64,000 nucleotides of DNA. Origin: Bigelowiella natans CCMP2755. Lineage: Eukaryota > Protista > Cercozoa. The stretch is from assembly GCA_000320545.1 (NCBI GenBank), contig ADNK01000096.1, positions 1 through 64,000 on the forward strand, written 5' to 3'. This document shows positions 24,670-38,420 of this stretch, piece after piece. A model generated the notes under the pieces. The model did not search any database. It had not been told where the DNA came from and saw only the letters and a list, made by a program, of their open reading frames with translations. Position 1 is the stretch's first letter; each line of letters opens with the position of its first letter. The translations under genes and the position numbers were made by a program.

Positions 24670-26200
24670 GGGAACGCCTGCCACTGTGCAATTTGAATGA
24701 GCGTTCTCCGCTTGGCATCCATCGGAGGGCTCGTGGCCTGTTGCTACAGCCTGCGGATGTGAAAAACAAACCCTCCATTTCCTTTGTTGCGGCACGCTGA
24801 CTGGGGAGGGCATGGAGGAGTCAGCACACACGATGATCCTTTCAGATCCTCTCTTGGGGTCACTTTGTTCGTTCACTCTTTCTTTCAACGCACGCCGAGC
24901 ATGTGCAATCACCTTGCTGACATTGCACAGATTGGGGGAGGTGGAACTGAGCACTCCCGCTTCTGATGATCCTTTCGGCCGCTGACCATTGGAAATGCTT
25001 CATCATTCACACAATCATTCATTTTGGAAATGTTTGAAAGGGTCACTGCGCTTGCAGCAGGTTTGGAGGTCGTGGTGGATCAATGAACAACAAACAATGA
25101 ACAAAAGCGTTGATCAAAATCCACATGCGCAAGAACCACATGGGACACAGGCATTTGCATGCAGCAGAGCCTCAACAACAATCGTTGCAAGGACTTGTCA
25201 GCACCCTGTTGGTGATGAAACACAAAAAACTGTCCAACAACCCATCAGGGGCTCCAAAAAAGCCGCGTGAAGAGATGAAGTTGCCATGGGCTACCCATCT
25301 GAAGCGCCGGATTCGGAACAAGGGATGAAGTTGCCATGGATGCTGTTTGTTGGTGTGGTCAGGATGTGGATCACACCAATGAGTCAACTGAGATCGACCA
25401 GTCGAACAAACAACAAGACGAAGCAAGCCAGCAAGACGCTGAAGGCAGCAACCTGTTCGGTGCAACTTGCAACACCAGGACACTCAACTTGCAATTGAAT
25501 CGAGTGGTGGCTGCAATCATGCAATCCAGCAATGATCCTTTCAAATCCTTCAATGGAATCACTTCGTCCATTCGTTCACTTGGTCGCAAGGTGTGCGATC
25601 GTGCGCGCGCTAGCGCGTGCACCAGCGCAAGTCTAGCAGTGCTGTTGTGTGCGTGCAAATGCATGACACTCTGTTCACACTCAGCACTGTCATGGACACG
25701 CAATCACTTCAGCTAGCCAGCACTGACCAGCTGACAGAATGCTAGAATGGACAAAGTTCATGTCACATCTAGACATGCACACAAGCAACACATCTGACAT
25801 CATTCATCATTTTGGTTGTTCACACGCGGCCACGCGTGCTGTGGCATCATCGCATGATGACCCACGTTCCACTCTAGCACTCATCTCTAGATCTAGGCCA
25901 TGCGCGCATGCACCACATCACTTTTGCATGCTGTGTGATCTGTCGTTCATCATGTTCTGAACATGCATGACATGCTAGCATGCTAGCATGCACAAGTTCT
26001 AGATGTTGTCATTGCGTAGATTGTCACCAGCAGTTTAGCAGTGCCAATCTAGTCAATCTGAGAGCAAGAGACATCACGTGTCTAGATGTCTAGCAAGCAC
26101 TCAACGAAGTGGACGTTGAACTTTGAACTTCGTTGTCAAATTCATCAACACACAAACGATGATGGAAAATGCAAAAGCATCTACATGCTGTGTGCAGTTC
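24670..26200. other. TpA-depleted island 4
   Basis: 24681-26100 has 18 TpA: 14 CTAG, two CTAC, one GTAG, one TTAG, and none in a fully unprotected context. Confidence 0.93.
25081..25272 (-). mobile_element. Dispersed copy of the same retroelement 3' end
   Basis: caatgaacaacaaacaatgaacaaaagcgttgatcaaaatccacatgcgcaagaaccacatgggacacagg...aggacttgtcagcaccctgttggtga is near-identical to 8690-8850. Confidence 0.85.
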
Positions 26201-26519
26201 TCAAAAAACATGTGCATGTGTGCCCTGAGGGCGCAAGATGGACATACTCGCGCTACGTACAGATGTGTGTGAACATTTACGTGATTTGGATGTTGCTTCA
26301 CTTGATTTTCATTAGGGAGAGTAAAAGGAGAGCAGCTGTGGCTCATAAGCTTGCTGTAATAATTTTTGAACAATCGATGATATTGTTAGATCGCTATCTA
26401 ATTGGAATGTATGTTACATCGCCACAATCAGACAAGACACCCTTCTTTTTGTTCAAGAACAATCTGCCAATTTTGTACATCATTGTTCGTTTTGTTTAGT
26501 CTATCGTGCAGAAAAAGGC

Positions 26520-28050
26520 CTTCATGTGTTACGATGAGGTGACTTTGGTTTTTTAGAAGACATGCAGCGAGGTGGTGGACTAGTTAGTAACCGAGGTAGG
26601 CATTTAGAAGGTCCTTTTGTTGACATTTTAACTTCAGGAACTGTTTTCGCCTGGTTAACAAAACAATTTATGAATTAAGATGCATGATTGAACTTTTTTG
26701 TAACTTATTACCCTCTGTCTCTTTGGACTATCTTGCACCAAAGATCTTTGGCTAGGCAGGGAGGGCAAACTTGTACTATGAGTTCGTCCCATTTTACTTT
26801 CTGTTTCCATTTAAGTATGTCTTAGGCGTTGCTATGCTATATCATTGTTTACTTACCAACTAAATCCCGCTTTTCGCTTCTCAACAACTTACAAAGACGC
26901 TTACGAGGTCCTAGTTTTGGTACAAAGTATCTTAATTCTTCCTCTGAGAGTGATCCATCAATCAAATCGGAGGCCTGAACATAAGATAGATTACTTAGTT
27001 TTTCAAAAAAAAAATGAAAAACTTACCGTTAAACCCTCTTTCAGAAGTCCTTGCAAAATATTCTCTCTATCCAAAGTGAACCCAGCTCTGATTAATATGT
27101 CCTCCAAATCGATTTTACATTCCAGGTTTTTGTGATTTATGTACATCTGAGCAACATTATGCTTAGATATATTTTCTGAAATAGTTATTCTCCACCTTCT
27201 TTTTGTTCTCCAATGCCTCAGATAGCTTCTTTGCCACATACTCAGCATGCTGACATGAAGTTGATGTAAGTGAAAGTAGTCATTGAAAGTTTCAAATTTG
27301 TTCAAAGCTACACCTTGGGATATTTTGCAAAACTTTGTCTATCTTCTTTAAACTCTTCTACCAACTCGATTGCAATCTATGAAAAGAACAAAACTTATTT
27401 ACGAAACAAATCATTAACTCAAACTTTATATTTCATCAGTACCCTTGTGCAGCTATCTTTTGCAAAATTGAATTCGAAATGTATTTGCTGTGAGATTCAA
27501 GAATCAGCACTAGAGTTATTTACTAGTCACTTCCATATCTGTATGTATTCTGTTTTTACTTTCTTGATTCGATTTTCTTTGAGACAAACCATTACTTTCA
27601 CCACACTAACTCCTAAATCCGATTCTTCAACCTACATTTTACACATACATCACGATCAGTTGTGTAATTGAACTTTCATAAAAAGTATGGAATGAATATT
27701 TTGCGAGTACGACCATAATCTCCAAAACTTCAAATGACTCGAGCCAAAATGCTTTTGTTGAAATTCTTGCAAAAGAGCGGCGACGAGTACAAGGATTGAA
27801 ATTCGCCACTCTCGGGGGTGTACTCGAAACTCCCCCCAAGCCAAAGATTTTAGCCTTCGGAGTCAAACATGTTTGGGTTGAAGGTTCATTTTTTGATTTC
27901 TTACCAGCATTCTCGTCACTAATGGAGATCAAAAGAGACGGCCAACTTTTCTGCGAAATTTACAACTTTCAGAATGTGCGTGTACTTCATGTGTTAACTT
28001 GATGTTTATGATAATGTTTCATTATTCCGGCCGGCATAGCAAAAACCTTC
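26520..28050 (-). CDS. Short-intron gene, unknown product
   Basis: Open minus-strand segments bounded by GT/AG (e.g. NLECKIDLEDILIRAGFTLDRENILQGLLKEG; ORF 27639..27932). No family recognised. Confidence 0.45.
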
Positions 28051-28484
28051 ATGTCTTGATAGTGCTGACTCATGGTGGAATGACAGCTTCGTAACTTGAT
28101 AGAATTCAGGCTGCTTATGCCATGAATATTGTCCACAGTGAGAAATCAAAAGGCTAGAGTTTTCGTGTAGGGGCCTCGATTACGATGTTAGAAGGCCCTC
28201 ATTCGTTGATGTAGTTTGTTCGCCATCGCTTGGTTCGTTCGTTTTTGTGTCCTTAAAACTAAGTTCTAAGCGAGAGATTGACTCGTGCGACAAGACAGAC
28301 CTTTTGGAATGGCAATGCCAAATTGGATTATTGTTGAGTTTAGGTGGAAAAACACGGAAAACATCCAGTGTATTAAGTGTGGCCAGTTGCCCAGCTCGCT
28401 CTCGGAGTCCTATCTTGACATTTTTGGTATCCTTTCATAGATCCGGGACGTTTCAAGGTTGCGTCAAGCTCTCATTACGTGTAA

Positions 28485-29180
28485 GCACCGCTCCTGGTGC
28501 GATCCAATTTGCGGCTCGGATCATGCATCAATCTGCCAATCTTCGTTCAAAGATCAAGCGGGGAAAGCATCACACAAGCTCACTTGTTCGTTCAAACACC
28601 GCAACTTTTGTCACCATGGGCGACCATCGCATCAGTTCAGCACAACAGCACTGTGACGGAGAGCGCAGCCTTCGCAGCGTGCGAACTGTGCGATGCTCGC
28701 CCCGTTGTGCAGGTTTTGCAAACACACGCTGGCACGCACCATGCGCGTGCCATGGTTTTTCACCAAGGAGCCGAAAACGAAGTGTGAAATGAGCACACTG
28801 CCAATGCTAGCAATGGTGAGTGAGCAATGTGACGAGCGTGATTTCTCCACTTTCTCGCATGCTGGCATGCTAGCATGCTGCACATGACGAACAAGTGCGC
28901 ATGTTTGGATCGTTTTTCCAGAGCATGCTGGCATGTTGGCATGTTGGCATGCTGCGAGCACATCTGCATCACGGATGCAAATTTGTGACAAAGAAGACTC
29001 ATTGGTGCATGTTCTCAGGACAATCGCATCGTCACACAACATGGAGAATGCATTGTTTTTTCACTTGTGATTTTCAATTGAACACCAATTCCATGGAGAA
29101 AACAATGTTGCAAAATCAAAATTCATTGACAAAGAAACTCCGTGATTTGTGGCTGTTGTTCTTTTTCTCTCCTTCAATCT
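28485..29180. other. TpA-depleted island 5
   Basis: Two TpA in about 700 nt, both CTAG (~28807, ~28870). Confidence 0.9.
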
Positions 29181-29390
29181 TAAATTCCTTAACTTTCCCT
29201 ATCACCATTCGCATTTCGCCCGATTGCTTTACTTTTACTCTTTCTTGACATTAAAAAATATTTCACGGGCATGAAAGGAATCTCAGTCGAAAGGAGTTAG
29301 GATTGAGACACTCAGAAAATGAATATTACAAAATCGGAAATATAGGTACAAATATAAAACATTTATGTGTGTATGCGCGCGCGCGTGTTT

Positions 29391-29432
<42 letters not shown>

Positions 29433-29643
29433 GAAATACCATCCGCTCAAGATTAGGCTACTTTCCATTCCATCATGATCTATAATAATGACAAGTATTA
29501 AAACCGCCCTCTACACCAACATAAGCAGTGAACCAAACTATTATGAGATTCCGAAAATGTATATTGCAAACACGTTTAGGCAAAACCTAGACACGTATGC
29601 TCACACTCTCGCACGCGCGCAGTTATGTAAAACTTTCGATATT

Positions 29644-30889
29644 TTATTGAATGTACCCCTCTTGCTGGTGGTCAATTTCAAATCTGCTGTGATGCTGTCG
29701 CTTGGCTTTTTCATCAAGATGCAGACATTTATTGTTCAGCGAGAACCCTCTGCTGATAAATGATTCCGAGAAGCGGGAGGACGAAGAAGAGGACGATGTA
29801 ATCGTGCTTGCTGTTGGCGTAGTGCGCCGCTTCTCCGGTGCATAGTGAGAGGTCGAAGAGGCCACTGGTTTCTTCCGTAGTACCCCAACACAACTAAAAA
29901 TACTGCCTGTGCTGCTTCTTGAGCTGCCTGTAGAAGAGTAGTGAAATTAACACCGAAGCACAGAACGGCTTGCAGCTGCTTCAGATAGATGGAAAATGAC
30001 ATCATGCGGACAGTGTTGGTGGGCTCATGGTGTTCCACGCGGCAGTAGGATTTATTCGCAGAAATTGAATGATGTACAGACAGCATTGTTGGTCGCACGT
30101 GCTAAATAAAACGGGTGGCGAAACTTGAATCACCTTGTTTCTTCTTCACGACTTTCTTTCTCATTCTTCTTCTTCTTCTCCTATTTGCTTGTGACACTGC
30201 TGGCGACTCTTTTCCCGGTCCACTACTATTTTTATCGTACAGCCTACAACAGCAACATACAACAATATCAAAGACATGCGCCCCCCCCCCTAAATCTCCT
30301 CTGGCACACTACCCGCTGAAAGACATCACTACGATATTACCTCGATATATCAGCCTCCCAATTAACTACTAATACTAATACTACTTATGGTGACAATAGT
30401 TAAAACTGTTGCTGCTCGGGCACTCACCAAGTTGTTCTAGCATTATCCAATTGGCTAGTGGGGGATGGGCTAGTTGGGGGGAGCGACCCTGATAGTTTCC
30501 AACATGCATAGAAACATACACGTAAAATTATTATGGCAATAGACTGCACGATGACGTGTTTTGGGGTTGTTGGATAGGGGCGTATGAACTGCTACAGGAT
30601 GATGAAGAATGACGGCAATAACGATCAATGTTGTGACAGGGTTTTACCATACTCACAAATTATTTATTCTAGATGATACGGCTGTTGTGATCATGATGAT
30701 ATAAATGAGGATGATGATGATGGTTATCCTTTTTTTTACATTTTACATTTTGCTTGCTAAAAATGCGCTGCATCTACCTAAAAGATCATCGGCGGCGTCC
30801 CCTGCAAACGTATACAAAACACCATAAAGATAAACCTCATCAACAGATACAGTCAGTGACCTGCGTTTCCCTCATCAGCATACCATCAT

Positions 30890-30921
<32 letters not shown>

Positions 30922-31330
30922 GCATAGAAATACTACCGAACAGAGCCCTATCTAACTCGGAGGGCCGTTCAATTGAAGGTGATGATAATAATGATGATGT
31001 CGGATTCTTCGGAGCCTTATTCTTCTTTTCCTCCTTAGCTTGTAGATATGTCTTGGAATTGCTGTGTAATAACGTGGTGTGGATGTCGTAGGCTTCAATT
31101 GACCTATGTTTTGTGAGCGAATCATCACTATCTCACGTTTCCGCAAAACCATAAATACAACATATAAATAATTATTAATATGTATTACATATTACCCAAA
31201 TGCACCAAATTCGTTCTTTTTGGTGGTGGATGAAACAGCTCCGCCTTCCTTGACGATCTTAAATATAACGAAATAAAAGTGTTTGCATTGCAGGGAAGTA
31301 ACACCCGGTGGTAAAACGCAGCCTGCATTA
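29644..31330 (-). CDS. Probable coding exons: either the 3' continuation of the SEC14 gene or a separate gene
   Basis: Exon-like blocks between microsatellite-rich introns at about 31196-31325, 30940-31105, 30135-30345 and 29644-30100. Frame not resolved. Confidence 0.35.
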
Positions 31331-31426
31331 TCGTCCTCATCATGGTCATTACCAACCGCATCATGTTTATCAATGTCGCATCATCTTATATTCAACATAT
31401 TGCTGCTTCTGCTTCTGCTTCTACTA

Positions 31427-32439
31427 TTAAATGGTGTTGTTTTGTACGTCATTGTCCTTGTCGAGCTTGGTCGGAGGTGCCAGCTCATTTGGTTGCGTTG
31501 GTTCCGTCTTTGGCGTTGATATCAACGTCAGCGGCTCGATAAGAGGGACATGCACTGGAACCTATAAGCAGCAGCATCAATATACCACAACGTCACTGAT
31601 TATTTATTCAAACAGGATCATATCACTCGCCATGCGATGGCGTTGGTATATGACAATTAAATTCCCTCAGTTGAGATTTAAATAAACATGGTAGAATACC
31701 ACGTAACGCCAGCGACAATATTTATGATTATGATTATGATTATGATTCGTGATTATGATTTATGATTATAATAATGATTTATGATTATAATAATGATTTA
31801 TGGTTTATAACTTATGGTTATGATGATACGCCACCTTTTTTGTCTCAACTTTCGTTCGTTGACGCTGGACGTCCATCGCACTTGTTTCGACAACCTTCTT
31901 TACTATCTTGAACATTTTTACTGATCCAATCCCCTTTCCTCCCAGCTTCGTGGGCAACGTGTTTACTTTGATGCCGTCCTCCTCCCACATTCGTCTCGCG
32001 AGCTTGAGGTCCTTAACCACGTGGGTGTTACTTAATGTCACCTGTGGCGATCATCATGAAGAAGAAGAAGAAGAAGAAGAAGAAGACGAAGATTGAGAAT
32101 AAAAGGGTGATGATGATGTTAATGATGGTACTAATAGATGATGATAGGGAATGAAATGGTGATGCGGTGGTTGTATTAAACGTGATCGGTTATAGCAGCA
32201 GCAGCAGCAGCAGCTACTCGTTTCTACTAAGGAGTCTCAAACGAATGTATTATTACTTTAATGTCTTTTCAGCACTCACTTTGGCTACAACTATGTATGG
32301 CAAGTGTTGATACTACTACTGTGTAAAAATCGTAGCCGTCGTCTCGGTTCGCTAGTTTTAGTTGTGACTACTATTGTCATAGACGACGACGACATAAACA
32401 CGACAACGACGACATCCTACTCATTCTCTATTTCACTAT

Positions 32440-32473
<34 letters not shown>

Positions 32474-32549
32474 GCTACTCCTACCGGATCCAGCCACCAC
32501 TTTGCTACTGACCATACCTTTCATTGTTATTATTAGTGAGTAATGATTA

Positions 32550-32580
<31 letters not shown>

Positions 32581-32714
32581 GTTAAATGGAGGAGAACGAG
32601 GAGGAGGAGGAGGAGGAGGAGCGGATTAATTACTAACAGCCTATCCATATGCAGTTTCAGCAAGTCAAATAAAATCACTCTACATTCTCCCTCCCTTTTC
32701 ATCGCATATATACT

Positions 32715-32759
<45 letters not shown>

Positions 32760-33133
32760 CATGTATTTGCTGCTAATTACTTACCATATAAAACACCCTC
32801 GATGGATTCACGAGATACACTTTGAGCAACGTCTCCGGAAAGTACTTGAGGCCGACTTCCATAATACCCTTTACGACGTCCTTGTGTTTGTAAAACGTGT
32901 ACAGCGAGATCCCATCCAAGTCCATTATGAATATGTTCTTTCGCACTCTGCGCTCTGCGACCTTGGATATCCGATGTTTCAGGTACGCCGAAGCCAATAG
33001 TTTGCCTGGAAATGATGGTGGTGATGATGATGATGATAGTCGCGATGATGTAATCAGAGATTAACGAGGTAGGAGCATAATGATAATGAATAATGACAAT
33101 GTGATTCAGCTCGTGTGGTTCGGACGTTCTTTA

Positions 33134-33200
<67 letters not shown>

Positions 33201-34313
33201 GTGTAGGGGGAAGGGGGTTTGGGGATGTTATGTAGATTTGTTTGTTCCTGTTGATTCATCTATTTATTCAGTAATTCAGTTAGCTTGGTTCTTACGGCTT
33301 TGAATGCGAATTAGTGTTTTTGGGTCCTTGAGCACAGATGCAAGCTTGGCATGATCAACGGATGAGAAATCGATAGAAGAGACTGGATGCCCCCACTTGT
33401 CTGTGCCATGAATTACTTCGACAAATGCCTTATGTTGTAGTATTTGAGGAGGGGATTTAAGGCACCATTGCTGAGAATGGAGTGGTGGTGACGATGGAAA
33501 AAAATACATGCGCTATGTACTACTTTTGCTACTATAAGTACTACCGTGTAAAAGGTCCTGTCACGTTTTGTAATTGGTGAGTAGAGAATGTCACTTCCAT
33601 ACTGCTTGTTCCAGTAGTCAATGTCCTCCGCTGACGGATGATGACCACGGAAGACAGACAACCCCCATTATTCTTCATCATGCATGGCCTTCCTCACGCC
33701 CAATTATCATCGTAACAACATATATTATACTAGTAGTAGTACCTGCTGTAAGCATCTCTTCCATTGTGAAGCGACTATAGCCCCGAATGAGGTTGTGCCG
33801 CTGATCTAAGTCCAGATGAGGATGGTGCTTTAGAAGCTGTCTATCGATCTTGAGCTCCTCCTGATTATATCATTAAACTGTCAGCCGATATTGCGATGAT
33901 GCTTACTATCTTTGGCTTTTTCTATTTTTCTCCACGGTGATATACGTATTACCTCAGTCAATGGCCATGTCTCCATAAGGTCCTTGTGCTCTTTGAATAT
34001 CACCTGATGTTAAGCACGAGGAGTATGGAAACACAGTGTGCCCACAGTTGAATGCGTAGGTGTTTTGTGGCACATTCAAAGCATAATATGTAACAACCAC
34101 CACCTTTTGATGGGCAAGGGATTCGCAGTCGGAGACGAGCTCGAGACACTGCTGTGCTGTCCATGGGAAAGAACCGGTTCCCCCTTCCAAGTTTTGTTTG
34201 TCAGCAGAAGCAACACCGTTTGCATTATTTCTCGTCTTCTTACCTTGTTTCTCTTCCCCGATGTTTATTTTTGGCCTGTTTCTTTTTGTCCTCCGCCCAT
34301 CAACGCTGTCCAT
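31427..34313 (-). CDS. SEC14/CRAL-TRIO lipid-binding domain protein
   Basis: IHGTDKWGHPV, IFIMDLDGISL, GLKYFPETLLKVYLVNPSRVF, NTLPTKLGGKG. Confidence 0.85.
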
Positions 34314-35222
34314 CGCTCTTGCCCCAGCAGCAATCGACCAAGACTATTATTTCAGCAATCTTTTAACACAAAATCAATGTGCCAGAAGAGGTGAAATAGT
34401 CCTTTTATTTCGGGTGATGCAATGAAGCAAGTACTGCGTGTATGTTAAAACACAACGTGTTGAAAGAGAAATCACTCGTTGCTGTCTGATCGCACGCTGC
34501 AGACCTGCCCCTCTCCCTGCTACCTCTGAGCCAAGTGAGAATATACGAAGAGTGTTTACGATATATGTTTGTCGCTATGAGTAAATGGTCTGCGATCGCA
34601 CATGTCGCACAAAATAGGAGACCCTCAGACAGAACTGGTAGCGTCGCCACATCCCTTCGAAATTATGAAAAAACTTTTGGCTACGACAACAAAAACTAGA
34701 TGTCGCTACATCTAAAAAATGCACAAAAAAAACAGAAGTCCGTCCATCATCATCGAGTCCCATTGGTATTCGTACTGCTACGTTCTCACCAGAGGAAGAG
34801 AGGAGAAAAGGAACACACAATAGATCTAGATCTAGATCTACGACATCATTCAAATGTTTCATTTGCCCCGAGAAATTATTTTTTCTTGTCGTAGATCTGA
34901 CGTGCAATCCATTTGCGAACAGGGTCGGTCTACCATACAACATTACACATAGGGGAAACCGTTTTGAATTGTCGACAATAAAATCGAACTATTTGTAGAC
35001 TTGAAAAGCCTCGTAAATGCTCTTATATCAATAAAATTCTGGAGATTTTATATCTTAAATTGGAAAACTCGTAATTGGATGCACCCTTCACTGGTTGTTC
35101 AGCGACGCCGAACGTAGCAGGGGGGCTAGTCTACAATACCAACATTTTCTTGCCAAGACATTTGTGTAGAATCTACAATTAATAAGCAAATGGTGAAAAG
35201 AACTTGTTAACATAGAGCAAGT

Positions 35223-37275
35223 ATGGGCAACATCATTTGCCGACAGTGCATGCATGTTGATTATGGGAAAGGACTTACTGACTCGGACCCTATCATTGGC
35301 GTAGAACTTTTAAATCACATTAAGGCTCCTAGCAGAAACATAGTATTCAAGCCACCCGACAGATTCGTTAGGAAGTACGACATTCGAGGTTTGATCGGAT
35401 CTGGGGCAACTGGGCAATGCCATGTGTGTCTTCAACTTCCTAACCACGACATCTTTGCCTGCAAGATTGTCCGAAAGAGGCGTTTGCTACAAGAGAGAAA
35501 ACAAAGGGTATTTTATCCATAGTTGATCCGATATAAGTTTTTGCTGATTCCTTTCGTTGTTGTCAGATCCTCAAACAGCTAAGAGTCGAGGTAGTAGTGT
35601 GTTAATTTCGTGATTGCTATTGGCTTCGGTTCATATCTTCTATCCTTGCTCTATAATTGATGATCACCATACTTGAATCAAAAGGTGGATGTGTTGAAGA
35701 GGCTATCCCACCCCAATATAGTGAAGTTTCAAGTAATCAAGATTCGAATTATTAGTAGAAGATTGTAATGATATTACGATTATATTTTGGCAGGATTTCT
35801 ACGAAGACAGAAACCATTTGTTCATTATAATGGAGCTCGTGGGAGGAGGCGAGCTTTTTGCTCAGGTAGAATTATTAGTATGGATAGTTGCTATAAACTT
35901 AGTATTGCAATTCTTCAGGTGGTTGAAGTCGGCTCGTTCTCTGAAAAGAAGGCTGCAGGAATTATTAAGGACGTTGCTGCTGGGTATGTTTAATTCAGTT
36001 TTACTGGCTTAAGTTATCTGCAGATCTAATCGGAAAACGTAAAATCTCAGATTAGAATACTGTCATTCAATGGGGATAATACATCGTGACCTCAAACCCG
36101 AAAACCTGTTGGTACCAGGTGAGCGTGACAAAACATAGTAGGCGATGATGATGATGATGGTGATGGTGATGATGATACGATGGCCTTCAAAAGTAAATCA
36201 AATAAATATGTATTATCTAGGTCCTGGCCTAAGACCAGTCAAAATATGCGATTTTGGGCTCGCTTTTCAATACGGAGCAAAACGCGAAGCGAGAACTTTC
36301 GTCGGATCTCCACGGTAATATTACCACTCAGAATTTATAAATGCTTGTCCATCTAACCATGGTTCCATGTTTCAGCTATATGGCTCCAGAACAGATGCAA
36401 CGTAAAACATATACTTCAAAAGTTGACACATGGGCCCTTGGCGTCATCCTCTTCATTTTGTTGAGTGGATGTTTGCCGTTCGAACCAGCGCTACTGTAAT
36501 AATACCTTTTGTTCAGTTTACTTGTCATCGGAAGTGAAGGACTTTTTTGTTGAAACAGGAAAAGGGGCGAAGACCAAAAACTTCCAGTCCGTGAGCTAGC
36601 ATTAAAATTTGAAGGAAAAAGGTAATCTGCCCAAACATTATGAGAGTTGTACATTTCACTGACACGGAACCTAATTTAGATGGCAACGAGTGTCTGGGGA
36701 CGCCAAGTCGCTAATCTTCGGCTGTCTAAGCCTCGATCCTGACATTCGATTTTCGGCCGATAAAATCCTTACACATCCCTGGCTCAATGGAAAAGCTCCT
36801 GATAATTTAATTAAGAACTCGCAGCACCTTAGAAGGTGTACAAAGTCTTTAAGTTCTAGTATCATAGGTAACATATCGTTTTTCAGGTATTTGACGGATA
36901 AGCGATCCAACGGGTCTTTCTTTCTTGAACCTAACACGCTTTCCTGCAAGGATGTAAAAGCGAAAATGGCAGCTACGCATCGCGACAGGCGTTCGCAGCC
37001 TATGAGTTTGAACAGAGGGTAAGTTCTGTCCAAACTACTTCTAAACAACTCCTAAAACTCTTTTCTCCAAAAACAGGTATCGTACGCCAGATGGCGGTGC
37101 AAGTTTGTCACCATCAAATTCGGTATGTAAGTCTTTGGATAAAGCCGTGCTACTCAGCGGAATGGATCGATTCCGCCGGATTCCATCCGATAAATGTTCT
37201 GATAGTGGTAGTGTTCGTAGTTGGGAGAAAGCGGATAAGAAGCCTGCTGTTGCCAGCAAATACCGATCGTTGTGA
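35223..37275 (+). CDS. CAMK-group Ser/Thr protein kinase with N-terminal acylation motif (MGNIICRQC)
   Basis: [78 protein letters not shown]. Short introns. Confidence 0.93.
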
Positions 37276-37449
37276 ATGGCTTCCAAGAGCGTCAGTAATC
37301 CATCATTAATCAAGTGATTGATCCCCCAAAATTAAACATGGCCTCGGAGTTGTAATTGAACAGTCGAAATCAGCAGCTGAGGTGGCTGACTTACTTAAAT
37401 GTACATTTGAATGCGAATAGAGCCATGAGGGCTACATTCGTGTGCCAAA

Positions 37450-38220
37450 TAGCTCAAAGGGCTCTTTTGTGTGCACCTTCTCTGACCACGCCTGCACTTT
37501 GTCGCATCTGCACCACTTTTGCGCACATGTGGATTTTCGTAGCTACACGTGTAGCATGAGCAAATCACATGGCACAGGTGTTGTGCCAAATGAGAAGCAC
37601 ACCTTGATGACAACAATGTTGATATCTGCAGTGTGCACTTGTGCATGTGGCACGTGGCACACATCGAGCCAAGCATTGAAGTTCTTCTTTGTACGCAAAT
37701 CTGATGCACGTGCTTTCAAAGACACTTTGCAATTGCGCTGCTAGCATTTGCGCACGTGCAACGTTCTATTCATCTTTGTTGCACATGGTTCAATTGCACG
37801 CACTTTCGTCAATTTGCAACACAGAAGCACGTGATGTGAATCGCTCATTCCTCCAGTGCTGGAGTGGGAGACACTTCGCAAGAACAAAACTCATCGTGAA
37901 CCAACATTGCATCAGGGTGCAAGCTTCATCATTGTCGTGTGTGAAGCACTCCACGCTCAATCAGAGCTGGACGAGACAAGAGTGCTGAATTGGCGGAAGA
38001 ACAAAATTGCCAAACGTTCATTCAGTGCAAACCACAAAGATTTGCCTTCAAAAAAAATGTCAACAACTGCGGCTGCCAAAGTGTTATGAGAAAAGTGTTG
38101 TAAACCCATGACCTTGCTTCTGGAGCACTGGTGACGCGAAATGCAGTGCCTGCCTCGAAAGGATTGTGAGACGGTGAAAGTGGGTGGAATTGAGAGATTT
38201 GTCGGAGATGAGATGAGACT
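37450..38220. other. TpA-depleted island 6 (partial at edges)
   Basis: No TpA in 37770-38083. Most edge survivors are CTAN or NTAG. Confidence 0.8.
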
Positions 38221-38420
38221 GACTTCTCTCCGACGAATCTCCTAAATTTCTTGCTTCTCTTCCGAATTATGAGGGCTGCCACGACGAGCGTCGTTGGCTG
38301 CCCAACAATGGACTAGCCGTGCGACTAAACGGCAGCAGTAATTTTAGCCTCTCTCACCTCCCTCATGAGCATGATCAATGCGATGCTCAACTGAGTAGCT
38401 TACGCAGGAACTCAAATGAA

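Noticed and set aside
25274-25339. 16-bp direct repeat gatgaagttgccatgg
   Set aside because: Could be a micro-duplication or TSD, but the 34-nt interval has no element features.
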